From a virus (lineage: Duplodnaviria > Caudoviricetes): DNA of 60,538 nt. The notes beneath the pieces were generated by a model. The model was not told the DNA's origin. It saw only the letters and a list, made by a program, of their open reading frames with translations, and ran no database searches. Below, in pieces: positions 1 through 8,038 of the stretch. The stretch spans positions 1-60,538 of the IMG/VR virus record IMGVR_UViG_3300005095_000141. One strand, written 5' to 3'. The position numbers and the translations under genes are program-made. Positions within the stretch are counted from its first letter, which is position 1. The number at the start of each line of letters is the position of its first letter.

Positions 1-91
1 TAAGAACTCGTATATTATACCGTTGTATGCCCGTCTTACCGGTGCTGGTAGCATACGTGTTGCTGGCTATGCTTTTCTTGATAGGTGGAGT
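1..91. repeat. Terminal direct repeat (assembly overlap), copy 1
   Basis: Bases 1-91 are identical to 60448-60538, and the E2 ORF reads through the junction, so the genome is circular or permuted. Confidence 0.97.
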
Positions 92-1078
92 AATGCGTTG
101 ATTGAGAGGTTGTTGAGGGAGTATGATGTTGTGGCGTTTGCGTATGGGTATGGTAATGGCCCGGTTGTATGTAGTGTTGCTTCGCAGGTATATGGCGGCG
201 GCACCGGTGTTCCGGCTGTGCTTGTACGGTCGCCTAGTACTGAGGCTTCGAATGTAGTGGATGCACTTACCGGTTTCCGCGGTGTATGCTATGTTGATGA
301 TGACACGTTCTTCTGCAGTGTTACCGATAGCGATGGCCGTATGCATGTGTTTGGCAGTACGAATTTCTTCGAGTACCGGTCTAGCCGTGCCGCCGGCGTT
401 ATGGTGGTGCTTAGAAGGTATTTCGGCAGTGACAGGGTTGAGGACGCCTATGTGATGGAGACCCTGCGCGACCTGTTCGGCGCTGTGCAGAACACTGTTG
501 TTGCTGAGACCCGTCTTGTAAGCTACCGTGTTAACGCTGTGTTCGACGTTGTGCCGGGGCGTGAAAAGCTGTATATGGGCAGGTACTGTACCGACTATAC
601 CGGTGATGAGTGCCTGTTTGGACTGGAGCGCCTTGTTGATTTTACAGGTAACCGTGTAGTGCTTAGATATGATAGTAGGCGTGGCATGGAGTACGTTGTG
701 TTGCCGGAGCCGTTCCGTGTTACCGGTAAGCTTGTAGTGTACGCTGTTGGCAGTTCCAGTAGATTGAGCGATGAGGGCATACCGCTTAGCCTATACGGAG
801 ACCTGTGGATAAGGTTTGACAACCAGTTGTTCAGGCACCCGAACAACAGTGACAGCGGCTCGGTGTGTCTGGGAGGCTATGAGTTGCCACGCTATACTGG
901 TAGGGGTGATACTGTGGATGAGCTTAGACGTGTGCTTGACACCGCCGTGTCTATACTGAGCATGCCGACCAGTAATGCGTTTAACAGCTCGTTTATTGAC
1001 TATGTGCGTGAATACTGTGATACGCATAGGTGCGAGGAAGGAGTGTTCAGGATGGATGAGGCGTGGGGCACCGGGTAG
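1..1078 (+). CDS. E2/UBC-like ubiquitin-conjugating protein, 3' part (gene starts at ATG 60269 and spans the junction; 418 aa in total)
   Basis: FRHPNNSDSGSVCLG matches the UBC signature HPN-x-G-x-[IV]-C-L (Cys codon 866-868), followed by the UBC-like helix VLDTAVSILSMPTSNAFN. Confidence 0.8.
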   Translation, partial: KNSYIIPLYARLTGAGSIRVAGYAFLDRWSNALIERLLREYDVVAFAYGYGNGPVVCSVASQVYGGGTGVPAVLVRSPSTEASNVVDALTGFRGVCYVDDDTFFCSVTDSDGRMHVFGSTNFFEYRSSRAAGVMVVLRRYFGSDRVEDAYVMETLRDLFGAVQNTVVAETRLVSYRVNAVFDVVPGREKLYMGRYCTDYTGDECLFGLERLVDFTGNRVVLRYDSRRGMEYVVLPEPFRVTGKLVVYAVGSSSRLSDEGIPLSLYGDLWIRFDNQLFRHPNNSDSGSVCLGGYELPRYTGRGDTVDELRRVLDTAVSILSMPTSNAFNSSFIDYVREYCDTHRCEEGVFRMDEAWGTG

Positions 1079-1080
1079 TA

Positions 1081-1099
1081 TGTGCTCTGCATATACTGG
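1081..1099 (+). promoter_or_regulatory. 19-bp viral motif copy (upstream of Ubl)
   Basis: TGTGCTCTG-CATAT-ACTGG. Confidence 0.7.
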
Positions 1100-1126
1100 A
1101 ATATGGAACAGTAGGAGGTGTATGGG

Positions 1127-1333
1127 TTGCCTAAAGTAGTAATAGCCGGGAACGAGTACGAGGTAACAGGTACTGGCGAGGAGATAGTTAAGTTTATACT
1201 GGAGAAGGCGGCTGAGCTTGGCTGGGCAAGTGTACGCATATTTGCCGATGGGAAGGTTGTACCCGAGGGCGATGTACAGGCGCTTGAGCAGGCTTCGACG
1301 ATTGAGGTTGTTAAGGCGGACGTAGCGGCTTAG
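1127..1333 (+). CDS. Small ubiquitin-like (beta-grasp) protein with C-terminus DVAA
   Basis: About 68 aa with a beta-beta-alpha-beta-beta pattern (KVVIAG-NEYEV-helix-VRIFADGKVV-TIEVVK) and a free small-residue tail; directly follows E2; GGAGGTG RBS before TTG 1127 (track start 1118). Confidence 0.7.
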   Translation: MPKVVIAGNEYEVTGTGEEIVKFILEKAAELGWASVRIFADGKVVPEGDVQALEQASTIEVVKADVAA

Positions 1334-1424
1334 CCGTGTATGTGGCGTAGGGCTTAGCTTAAAGGGTTTTTTCCACGTGCCTGTAATACCGGGAAAGCCG
1401 TGCACTGGGGGTGTCTGAGGCGGT

Positions 1425-1685
1425 GTGCCGCTGATGTATATGCCCCCGGTGTTCGGCCCCGACGGGTTGGAGGTGTATGCGTGTATGGATGGGGAGAAAA
1501 AGGTTATTGTCTGTGACCTGATTGAGAAGAGTGTTAAGGAGAAGGGAGCCGTTATTGATACTGAGTGGTGGGCTGAGCACGCTGTTTTTACGAAGAAGGA
1601 GCACGACGCAGTAGCTGTTGTAGCCGATAACGGGCTGATGCTTGTGATTATTGATGGGAAGGCTCGTGTCGGAAGGATACAGTAG
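1425..1685 (+). CDS. Hypothetical protein
   Basis: ORF with GAGGCGGTG RBS-like site and genome-typical codon usage. Confidence 0.65.
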   Translation: MPLMYMPPVFGPDGLEVYACMDGEKKVIVCDLIEKSVKEKGAVIDTEWWAEHAVFTKKEHDAVAVVADNGLMLVIIDGKARVGRIQ

Positions 1686-1763
1686 TATGTGTGGAGGGAA
1701 AGGCTTTTTTATTTGTCGTGCAGATTATTACCCAAACAAAAAGGTTAGGTCGGGTGGTAAGTT

Positions 1764-2003
1764 ATGAATTGGGTAGATGAGCTGTGTAAGATTAGGCGTA
1801 TAGCCCAGATGATGGTGGATGCGATAGACCGTGTAATGGATGATGATATGGATTGTTTGGATGAGCTACGGTATTTCCTGCACATGGCTGGTACCGATAT
1901 TGCGGATGCGATGAAGAGCGAGGGAGCGATACCGATTGCCGTGATGTTTGTGAACAGGAACTACGAGCACGTGATTAGATGTGTTGAGGGGCGTTTAGAG
2001 TAA
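1764..2003 (+). CDS. Hypothetical helical protein
   Basis: ORF with GGTGG RBS downstream of a BRE/TATA-like element (GAAAGGCTTTTTTATT, about 1698-1713). Confidence 0.7.
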   Translation: MNWVDELCKIRRIAQMMVDAIDRVMDDDMDCLDELRYFLHMAGTDIADAMKSEGAIPIAVMFVNRNYEHVIRCVEGRLE

Positions 2004-2045
2004 TGTGTTTTTTACTGTGCATCGGGTTCGAGTGGGGTGTGTGTA

Positions 2046-2870
2046 ATGGTTAGTCTGGCCGAGTTTGTACCGGAGCTGAAAAAGGTTCGTACAGGCAGTA
2101 CTGGTGGTGAAGAGAAGCTGGCCAAGGGAAGCGAGATATGCTTGTGGTTGCCCGGTAAGAAGGGCTGGTTTAAGACGAAGTATTGCTACAAGAGGAGTGT
2201 TGTGACGAGCTGGTTGCAGAAGGCGATACGTCGTGGTGACTGGATACGGGCGGCTTGGGCTGGTCTGATACTGGGGCAGAATGAGCCGTGGTATTTCTGG
2301 CACCGTGCACGTATTATTGCTGTTGAGGACTGCCTTGGTAGCCCGGAGCTGTTCGGCCTTGTGTATGGTATGATGCGTGAATTCGAGGCGCTTACCGGTT
2401 ACCGTATGTCGAAGGAGGATAAGAGGCAGTTGTTGAAGCTGGTTGACCTGGTATGTGCCAGTACCGGTGATGCCGACCTGTGCGATGGGTTGCACGAGTA
2501 TGTGAATAATTTGACCGGGTTTAAGGGGCCGGTGAAGAACTGGGATGCGCTGAGACTGATTGTTGCCGTTAGTGTGTTGCTGGCTAGGGCGAAACATGAC
2601 CGTAGTTCTGATGCGTTCCTTGACCTGATAACGGAGATTGTGAACCGTTTGAGCGATGGACGTGTGGATGAGGATAACGAGGCTGTTAGGTGGTTGGAGG
2701 AGCTGAGTAGGCCGCCTGAGTATGTGTTTGATATGCATGTGCTTGGTAAGGCGGCCCGTGTTAGCTGGGTTGAGAGTAGCCGTACCGTGAATAATACTGA
2801 GGAGTACGAGGAGTTCCGTGGGCTGTGGGAGCGGCTGTACCGTGCTGTTGGTGCGGCTGATGATTACTAG
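2046..2870 (+). CDS. Stand-alone MgsA/RarA C-terminal-like helical domain protein (no ATPase domain)
   Basis: SWLQKAIRRGD...A...FWHRARIIAVED and PEYVFDMH resemble the RarA/MgsA post-AAA domain; no Walker motifs. Confidence 0.6.
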   Translation: MVSLAEFVPELKKVRTGSTGGEEKLAKGSEICLWLPGKKGWFKTKYCYKRSVVTSWLQKAIRRGDWIRAAWAGLILGQNEPWYFWHRARIIAVEDCLGSPELFGLVYGMMREFEALTGYRMSKEDKRQLLKLVDLVCASTGDADLCDGLHEYVNNLTGFKGPVKNWDALRLIVAVSVLLARAKHDRSSDAFLDLITEIVNRLSDGRVDEDNEAVRWLEELSRPPEYVFDMHVLGKAARVSWVESSRTVNNTEEYEEFRGLWERLYRAVGAADDY

Positions 2871-3165
2871 GCTTGTTTTTCCCGTTGTGTGTATGTGTTT
2901 GTGGTTTGCCCCGGTACTGGGTGTTCTGGCCGGTGCTGGTGTTTTTTGTACGGTTTCTGTCTTTGTTATACTGTATATTGTACGGTATGGTATGGTATGG
3001 TTTCCGTATATTGTACGGTTGTTTCTGTTCTGTGCTGGTTTGCGATGTGTTTGTGATGGTGTTTTTTCGTGGGCCGGACGTTTTTTGTGGGGGTGTGTTT
3101 CTGGTGTTTGACTTAGGTGTTTTACCGGTTGGCTGTGTCTGTACTGGTTATTTGAGTGGTGTGGA
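2871..3165. repeat. T-rich non-coding region with (TATGG)3 and TATATTGTACGG direct repeats
   Basis: Repeats are visible at about 2945-3020; the track ORFs here are low-complexity. Confidence 0.6.
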
Positions 3166-3182
3166 TAAGAAACTTTTTAAAC
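3165..3182 (+). promoter_or_regulatory. Canonical archaeal BRE-TATA promoter
   Basis: ATAAGAAACTTTTTAAA upstream of an operon start. Confidence 0.6.
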
Positions 3183-3235
3183 CGTCACGAGAACATTTAC
3201 ACAACAAACAAAATGTAACGGGTAGGTGTATAGGA

Positions 3236-3547
3236 TTGGGTAGGAGGAAGAGTAGGCGGGTTGTCCCCGCACCTGTACCGTACTGGAAAAGAATAGCTTT
3301 TTTAGAAGACCGTGCTACGCAGATAAGGTTTGTCCGGTTCAGCCTGATAAGGAAGGATGAGAAGGCTGGACGTTACCGCTACAGTGTACAGGTGTTCGAT
3401 GCCGATAATGGCAGGCCCGGACGGGTGTACGTTGTTAGTGACCGTAGGCTGGACAGGTTCGGCCTGTGGAACGCGGTGCAGTGCTATTTCAGATTCGGCG
3501 ATACCGAGATGGATGGGGTAAGGGTTGAGAAGGAGGTGTGGAAGTAA
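3236..3547 (+). CDS. Hypothetical basic protein
   Basis: Coding-like 3' half of track ORF 2873..3547; probable TTG start after GGTAGGTG; stop overlaps the next start (TAATG). Confidence 0.65.
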   Translation: MGRRKSRRVVPAPVPYWKRIAFLEDRATQIRFVRFSLIRKDEKAGRYRYSVQVFDADNGRPGRVYVVSDRRLDRFGLWNAVQCYFRFGDTEMDGVRVEKEVWK

Positions 3548-4179
3548 TGATTGGGACTGAGGAGATTAGGTCGTCGGTTGAGAGCGGTGGGTACTGGAGT
3601 TTTACCGAGGATGAGCGCTGGGGTAGATGCCGTGAAGTAGTTGTTACCGAGTATGGGGAGGCGGTGTGTAAGGATACTGGTGAGGTGCTTGGGTATGCTT
3701 GGGATGGTAGTCCGTCTGCGGTTGGGGATGATACTGGTGTTGTGTTTAGTGATGTGAAGCCGATTAGCGGTAAGACTGTCTGGTATAGTGTGTCTGCTGA
3801 GCTGAAGAAGAAGGTTGGTGTTGCCGAGGAACTGCTTGGGGAGAGGCTGGACTGGTTTGTACCGGTGCTTGCAGAGTATGGTGGCTGGGCACGCCGTAAT
3901 AGTGGTGGGCTTGGCATGTTTGCCCGTGTTGTGTCTGGGAAGACGGTAGCGTTGTTCAGCCTGTACTACCGGTACCTTGAGGGTAAGATGTCGTACAGCG
4001 AGTTTAGGGAGAAGGCACGCAGTATCGGGTTCCTCTATATTGATAAGAGGTTGCTGTACAAGTTTAGGCTGTGGCATGACGGTGTCAGCCCCGATGATGC
4101 TGTATTGTTTGATAAGAAGGCCGGCGTGTATAGGCGTGTGTCTGAGATAAGGTTTGAGGACGTGTTTCCCCGTAAGTAG
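3547..4179 (+). CDS. TFIIB/TFB-type zinc-ribbon protein
   Basis: CREVVVTEYGEAVCKDTGEVLG resembles the crenarchaeal TFB ribbon (GE-x-[IV]-C-x-x-TGEVL); no recognisable cyclin repeats. Confidence 0.55.
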   Translation: MIGTEEIRSSVESGGYWSFTEDERWGRCREVVVTEYGEAVCKDTGEVLGYAWDGSPSAVGDDTGVVFSDVKPISGKTVWYSVSAELKKKVGVAEELLGERLDWFVPVLAEYGGWARRNSGGLGMFARVVSGKTVALFSLYYRYLEGKMSYSEFREKARSIGFLYIDKRLLYKFRLWHDGVSPDDAVLFDKKAGVYRRVSEIRFEDVFPRK

Positions 4180-4246
4180 AGTGTGTTTTTCCGGCTGTGT
4201 TTCTGTGCTTTGCTTATACTGGACTTGTACTGTACCGGGTGGTTGT

Positions 4247-4726
4247 ATGGTGGCTAGGTCTTCTGTACTGGAGTATGAGGGTATTGTGGGCGGCGGTGTT
4301 ATTAATGCTGTTTTTAGCCCTAGGAAGGGACGGTTTGCGAAGCCGTTCGATGCCGTGCCGAGCTATAACGGTGCTGTTGTGCTGAAGTACCGGTTGTTGC
4401 CGGGCAAGTATGTTGTTGTTAATGCCCGTGTTGAGGGTGACCCGTTTGTAAGTGGTGGTGCCATAGAGATTGTGTTTGAGGGTATGCGTGTACTGGGTGC
4501 TGGAGTGTTAGAGAATGGTGGCACCGTGTCTGTTGTGTATGATACTGGTGTGAAGCAGGTGTTTCTACGGCATATTGTAAGGGCGGCTACCCGTACCTAT
4601 AGTTCGCTGGAGCATGTGTTCCGCTGGCTGTGCAGACGATACGATACCGATAGCTGGCAGTGGCTGGTTGACCTTGTATTCGACAATACCGGTAAGAAGG
4701 TTGTTGTAGAGATTAGAGAGGAGTGA
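4247..4726 (+). CDS. Hypothetical protein
   Basis: ATG after GGTGG and a copy of the 19-bp motif. Confidence 0.7.
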   Translation: MVARSSVLEYEGIVGGGVINAVFSPRKGRFAKPFDAVPSYNGAVVLKYRLLPGKYVVVNARVEGDPFVSGGAIEIVFEGMRVLGAGVLENGGTVSVVYDTGVKQVFLRHIVRAATRTYSSLEHVFRWLCRRYDTDSWQWLVDLVFDNTGKKVVVEIREE

Positions 4727-4732
4727 CTTGTT

Positions 4733-5161
4733 ATGGATAAGAAGGACAGGGAGCGTATTAGGCGTGTACTGGGTGTTGAACCCGGTGATAGGAGCCGTGT
4801 GTTCACGCCTAGGGCTAGACAGTATGTGCTGAACAGGTTTGGCCGTGGTACGCCGCTTAGCCTTGACCGTGAAGGGATATGTGACCTGTGCGGCCGTAAG
4901 GATGTTGTGTTCCCGAATACCGGGGAGATACCGGTGTGCCGTAGGCATCTGGGCAAGTTTGTACGTATTGGGCAGTTGAAGGCGCTTGGACGTGTGCAGG
5001 TGGTTACGAATTTCTATGGGCGGATACGGTGTTTTTTCTGTGGCAGGGCTGATCCGGTGATGTATTTTGTTAGGCCGAGGAAGCTGTGTATTAGGTGTAT
5101 GTGGTATGTGCTTGGCAGGCAGAGCAAGAGGCTTAGTATTGACGGTACCCGTATAACGTAG
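4733..5161 (+). CDS. Zinc-finger protein
   Basis: CDLC..CRRH and CFFC..CIRC pairs. Confidence 0.7.
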   Translation: MDKKDRERIRRVLGVEPGDRSRVFTPRARQYVLNRFGRGTPLSLDREGICDLCGRKDVVFPNTGEIPVCRRHLGKFVRIGQLKALGRVQVVTNFYGRIRCFFCGRADPVMYFVRPRKLCIRCMWYVLGRQSKRLSIDGTRIT

Positions 5162-5166
5162 CCGGG

Positions 5167-5544
5167 GTGGTGTGCTTGACTGATGCGTATAGTCTTGACA
5201 GGGATGATACTGAGCATTTGAAGAGTAAGGTTGCGGAGTACTGCGGTAAGCTGTGTAGTGGGCTGGTTGACCCGGCTGGTTTTGCCTTGTACCGGTGGTT
5301 TGCTGGTTTGCTTGGGACTAGGTGTGCCTGTATTGACGATGTTGTGCATGCCTATGTTGTTGTTTTGTGTGGCGATACCTATGTCTTTGTTGACAGTGAC
5401 TGTGATACCGATTTTGATGTTGCTGTGCGTTCTGCTATTGATAAGTGTGGGTGTGCGTATGAATGTTTTGCGGACGAGATGCGTTCTGCAGGCTTTATAC
5501 CGGTTCGTGTGCTGGATGTTGTGCGTGTAGATGCTGGGCGGTAG
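5167..5544 (+). CDS. Hypothetical Cys-rich protein
   Basis: ORF within an operon. Confidence 0.6.
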   Translation: MVCLTDAYSLDRDDTEHLKSKVAEYCGKLCSGLVDPAGFALYRWFAGLLGTRCACIDDVVHAYVVVLCGDTYVFVDSDCDTDFDVAVRSAIDKCGCAYECFADEMRSAGFIPVRVLDVVRVDAGR

Positions 5545-5577
5545 GGTGTCTGTGCTTTGATTCTAACGGTGAATAAA

Positions 5578-5949
5578 ATGTCGGGTAAGAGCCTGTACCG
5601 TAGGGTTGCGGAGTATATTGTTCGTGATAGTTTTTTACAGGTTGGCCCTGAAAGCAGTATGAGAAAAGTAGCTGAGTGGCTTGAGAACGACGGCAAGGTC
5701 GTCCATACCGGTGCATGGGTGGCTGGAGAGATTGCTGTGCTGGTGCATGAGTGCGGTAAGAAGATGGGTGTTATTACCGAGGAGGGCGGAGAGGCTGTTA
5801 CTGTTACGTTTCCGAACAAGGGGTTAGCAGAGATACCGGTGTATGACAGTGACAGGCTGGTGGATTTTGTTGAGCGCATACTGATGGTTGTGAAGCTGTT
5901 CTATGGTGACGAGATGATTAAGTGTATTGAGAAGGAGGTGAACATGTGA
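5578..5949 (+). CDS. Hypothetical protein
   Basis: ATG 27 nt after the start of the motif at 5551. Confidence 0.7.
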   Translation: MSGKSLYRRVAEYIVRDSFLQVGPESSMRKVAEWLENDGKVVHTGAWVAGEIAVLVHECGKKMGVITEEGGEAVTVTFPNKGLAEIPVYDSDRLVDFVERILMVVKLFYGDEMIKCIEKEVNM

Positions 5950-6263
5950 TGGCTGGTCTGTTCGTACCGGAGGATGTTGTGTTTGAAACTGTTGTTGTAG
6001 AGCACGGTGTTGCTGACGTGTACGGTGTTGTCCATACCGATAAGGGAGTGTTTAAGCTACATATTGAGGGGTGTGCGGACGACTTTGTGGCTGACAGGGA
6101 TTCGATAAAGGTGTTACTGGAGCTTGCGGCTGAGAGGGCTGAGACGGAGGTTGACGGCATATACAGGTACTGTGCCGGCAGGTTTGATGTGAAGATTACT
6201 ATGCTTGAAGGTGTTGATTGGCGTATAAGAATTGCTGAGTCTTGTAAGGGAGGTGGTAAGTGA
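5949..6263 (+). CDS. Hypothetical protein
   Basis: GGAGGTG RBS and TGATG coupling. Confidence 0.7.
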   Translation: MAGLFVPEDVVFETVVVEHGVADVYGVVHTDKGVFKLHIEGCADDFVADRDSIKVLLELAAERAETEVDGIYRYCAGRFDVKITMLEGVDWRIRIAESCKGGGK

Positions 6264-6463
6264 TGGGTAGGGCGTGTCCTGTGTGTGGCCGTGGAATGTT
6301 TAGCAGGAAGAAGCTGTTGGAGCATATTAAGAGGGAGCACCCGGCGTACTACCATAAGTGGATAGCGAATAGCCCGAGATACAGTGTCTGCCATTCACTA
6401 ATGATTGCGAAGAAGCGTGGCAGGGATGTTAAGATTCCGTCGCAGTGCAGGGGTGGTGCTTGA
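6263..6463 (+). CDS. C2H2 zinc-finger protein
   Basis: CPVCGRGMFSRKKLLEHIKREH. Confidence 0.8.
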   Translation: MGRACPVCGRGMFSRKKLLEHIKREHPAYYHKWIANSPRYSVCHSLMIAKKRGRDVKIPSQCRGGA

Positions 6464-6639
6464 TGAAGAGTGTTATTGGAATTGTACCGTATGTGAAGCT
6501 TGAGGATATGCTTAGGAAGAGGGACTTCGAGGTTGCCAAGTACGTTGTCGAGGTGATGTGTAGGGGTAGTGTTAGTGTAGAAGGGGGCAATATTGTGTGT
6601 AAGGAGAAGGACAGGGTTGTTACGATAGAGCTGTACTAG
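6463..6639 (+). CDS. Hypothetical protein
   Basis: TGATG coupling. Confidence 0.6.
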   Translation: MKSVIGIVPYVKLEDMLRKRDFEVAKYVVEVMCRGSVSVEGGNIVCKEKDRVVTIELY

Positions 6640-6645
6640 TGGTGG

Positions 6646-6894
6646 TTGTGGATGAGTATTAGGGCTTACGATATACTGTCTAGGATTGACTTGGAGGGCG
6701 TTGGTAAGGCTAAGCAGGTTATTGACGCTATTAGGGAGTTGCTTAGGGCTAGCTGTGCCAGTGTAGAGGAGTTTGACAATGGCTTTGACTGCCTGATACC
6801 GGATGAGGAGACTGTGCTTGATAATGGCGATGTTGTTGTTGCCCGGTGGGTTGTACTGCGTGTAATGTATGGTGTTGAGAAGAAGGAGGTGTAG
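6646..6894 (+). CDS. Hypothetical protein
   Basis: ORF within an operon. Confidence 0.6.
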   Translation: MWMSIRAYDILSRIDLEGVGKAKQVIDAIRELLRASCASVEEFDNGFDCLIPDEETVLDNGDVVVARWVVLRVMYGVEKKEV

Positions 6895-6898
6895 CTGT

Positions 6899-7219
6899 GT
6901 GTCTAAGACTAGGATTGTGTGCTGGGCAGGCGGTAGGGAGACCGTTGTTGATGATGCTGAGAACTGTATATGGGAGATTGCCAGGCTCGGTAACGGCAGG
7001 ATGTACGTTGTGGTAGGCGATGTGAAGCTACCGGTTGATGTTAACGAGGCTGTTAAGAAGATGATGGTTGAGAAGGGCTTGGTCATACAGTCCCGTATGT
7101 GGCTGGCGCACCGCTACAGCAATGATATTGAGGATGAGGAGTGGAGAAGCGAGGTGTTCAGCAGGATTATGAGGGCGCTTAGAGAGTACGAGATGATGTG
7201 GTTCGACGGGAAGAGATGA
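6899..7219 (+). CDS. Hypothetical protein
   Basis: GGAGGTG RBS and GTG start. Confidence 0.6.
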   Translation: MSKTRIVCWAGGRETVVDDAENCIWEIARLGNGRMYVVVGDVKLPVDVNEAVKKMMVEKGLVIQSRMWLAHRYSNDIEDEEWRSEVFSRIMRALREYEMMWFDGKR

Positions 7220-7410
7220 CCGTGTATTTTTGTTTTTGTTACTGTGGTGATAAGGAGTTTTTGGGTCTTGAAGCTGTTAGTGCTGATACCGATTCTGACG
7301 CTGTTAGCAGGGCTGTTGAGAAGGTTCGTGGATACGGCGATGTATGTGATGAACGTATTGTGTGCGAGTGTGTTGATAAGGACTATTTTGTTGTGACGGC
7401 TAGGCTTTGA
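7216..7410 (+). CDS. Hypothetical protein
   Basis: ATGA overlap with the previous gene. Confidence 0.55.
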   Translation: MTVYFCFCYCGDKEFLGLEAVSADTDSDAVSRAVEKVRGYGDVCDERIVCECVDKDYFVVTARL

Positions 7411-7440
7411 TGTGCTTTGATTTTACCGGGGGTGGTTGTT

Positions 7441-7632
7441 ATGGATGGTGTTGATTCACGGTGTGTGGAGGAGTGTTGTTCTGCCGGGTTCGGGCTTAGT
7501 GACTGTGTTTTTATGTGTGCTGGTGTATTAGAGTATTTGGGTACGGACTGGTATGGAACGGTGCATTACCGGGTTGGTGTTGCCCGTATTAGTCTTAGGC
7601 GAGACGTGTTTGCAGGTGGTGGTACGTGGTGA
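7441..7632 (+). CDS. Small Cys-rich protein (twin Cx3C-like)
   Basis: CVEEC..CVFMC; follows the motif at 7411. Confidence 0.55.
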   Translation: MDGVDSRCVEECCSAGFGLSDCVFMCAGVLEYLGTDWYGTVHYRVGVARISLRRDVFAGGGTW

Positions 7633-8018
7633 ACGTGGGTAAGGCTGTGTGTGTGTATAGGAGTTTGTATGAGATGTGGCGTTGTATAGGAGAGGAGCTG
7701 TGTGGTTTGTTTGCAGATGCGCTACGCAGTGTTGTACCGGATATTAAGTGTGCGGATGACAGTTATGGAGATATTATGCTGGATAGTGATGCTAGGAGTG
7801 CCTTTGTAATGCTTGAGCATAACGGAGAGATTGTCAGTATTGAGGATGTTATTAAGAAGGTGTTCCCCGAGCTTAGAGGCTATGAGGGGATAATGTGCGA
7901 CGTGTTCTTTACCGAGGAGGAGGCCGAGAAGGCTGTGCAGGTGCTTGAAAGGATTAGGAACGAGGAGTTCGACCGTGTTATTGCTAAGTGTGTTGAGCGT
8001 GCAGGGAATGTGCTTTGA
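7626..8018 (+). CDS. Hypothetical protein
   Basis: ORF within an operon. Confidence 0.65.
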   Translation: MVNVGKAVCVYRSLYEMWRCIGEELCGLFADALRSVVPDIKCADDSYGDIMLDSDARSAFVMLEHNGEIVSIEDVIKKVFPELRGYEGIMCDVFFTEEEAEKAVQVLERIRNEEFDRVIAKCVERAGNVL

Positions 8019-8027
8019 ATAATACGG
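8009..8027 (+). promoter_or_regulatory. 19-bp viral motif copy (upstream of PCNA); other copies at 4204, 5551, 7411, 10615, 15228, 21438, 22462, 34995, 36361 and 50935
   Basis: TGTGCTTTG-AATAA-TACGG; fixed spacing in all copies. Confidence 0.75.
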
Positions 8028-8038
8028 AGGTGTACTGG

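Noticed and set aside
2818-3235. Track ORF 2818..3111 and the 5' half of 2873..3547
   Set aside because: T-rich low-complexity sequence containing a promoter; likely non-coding
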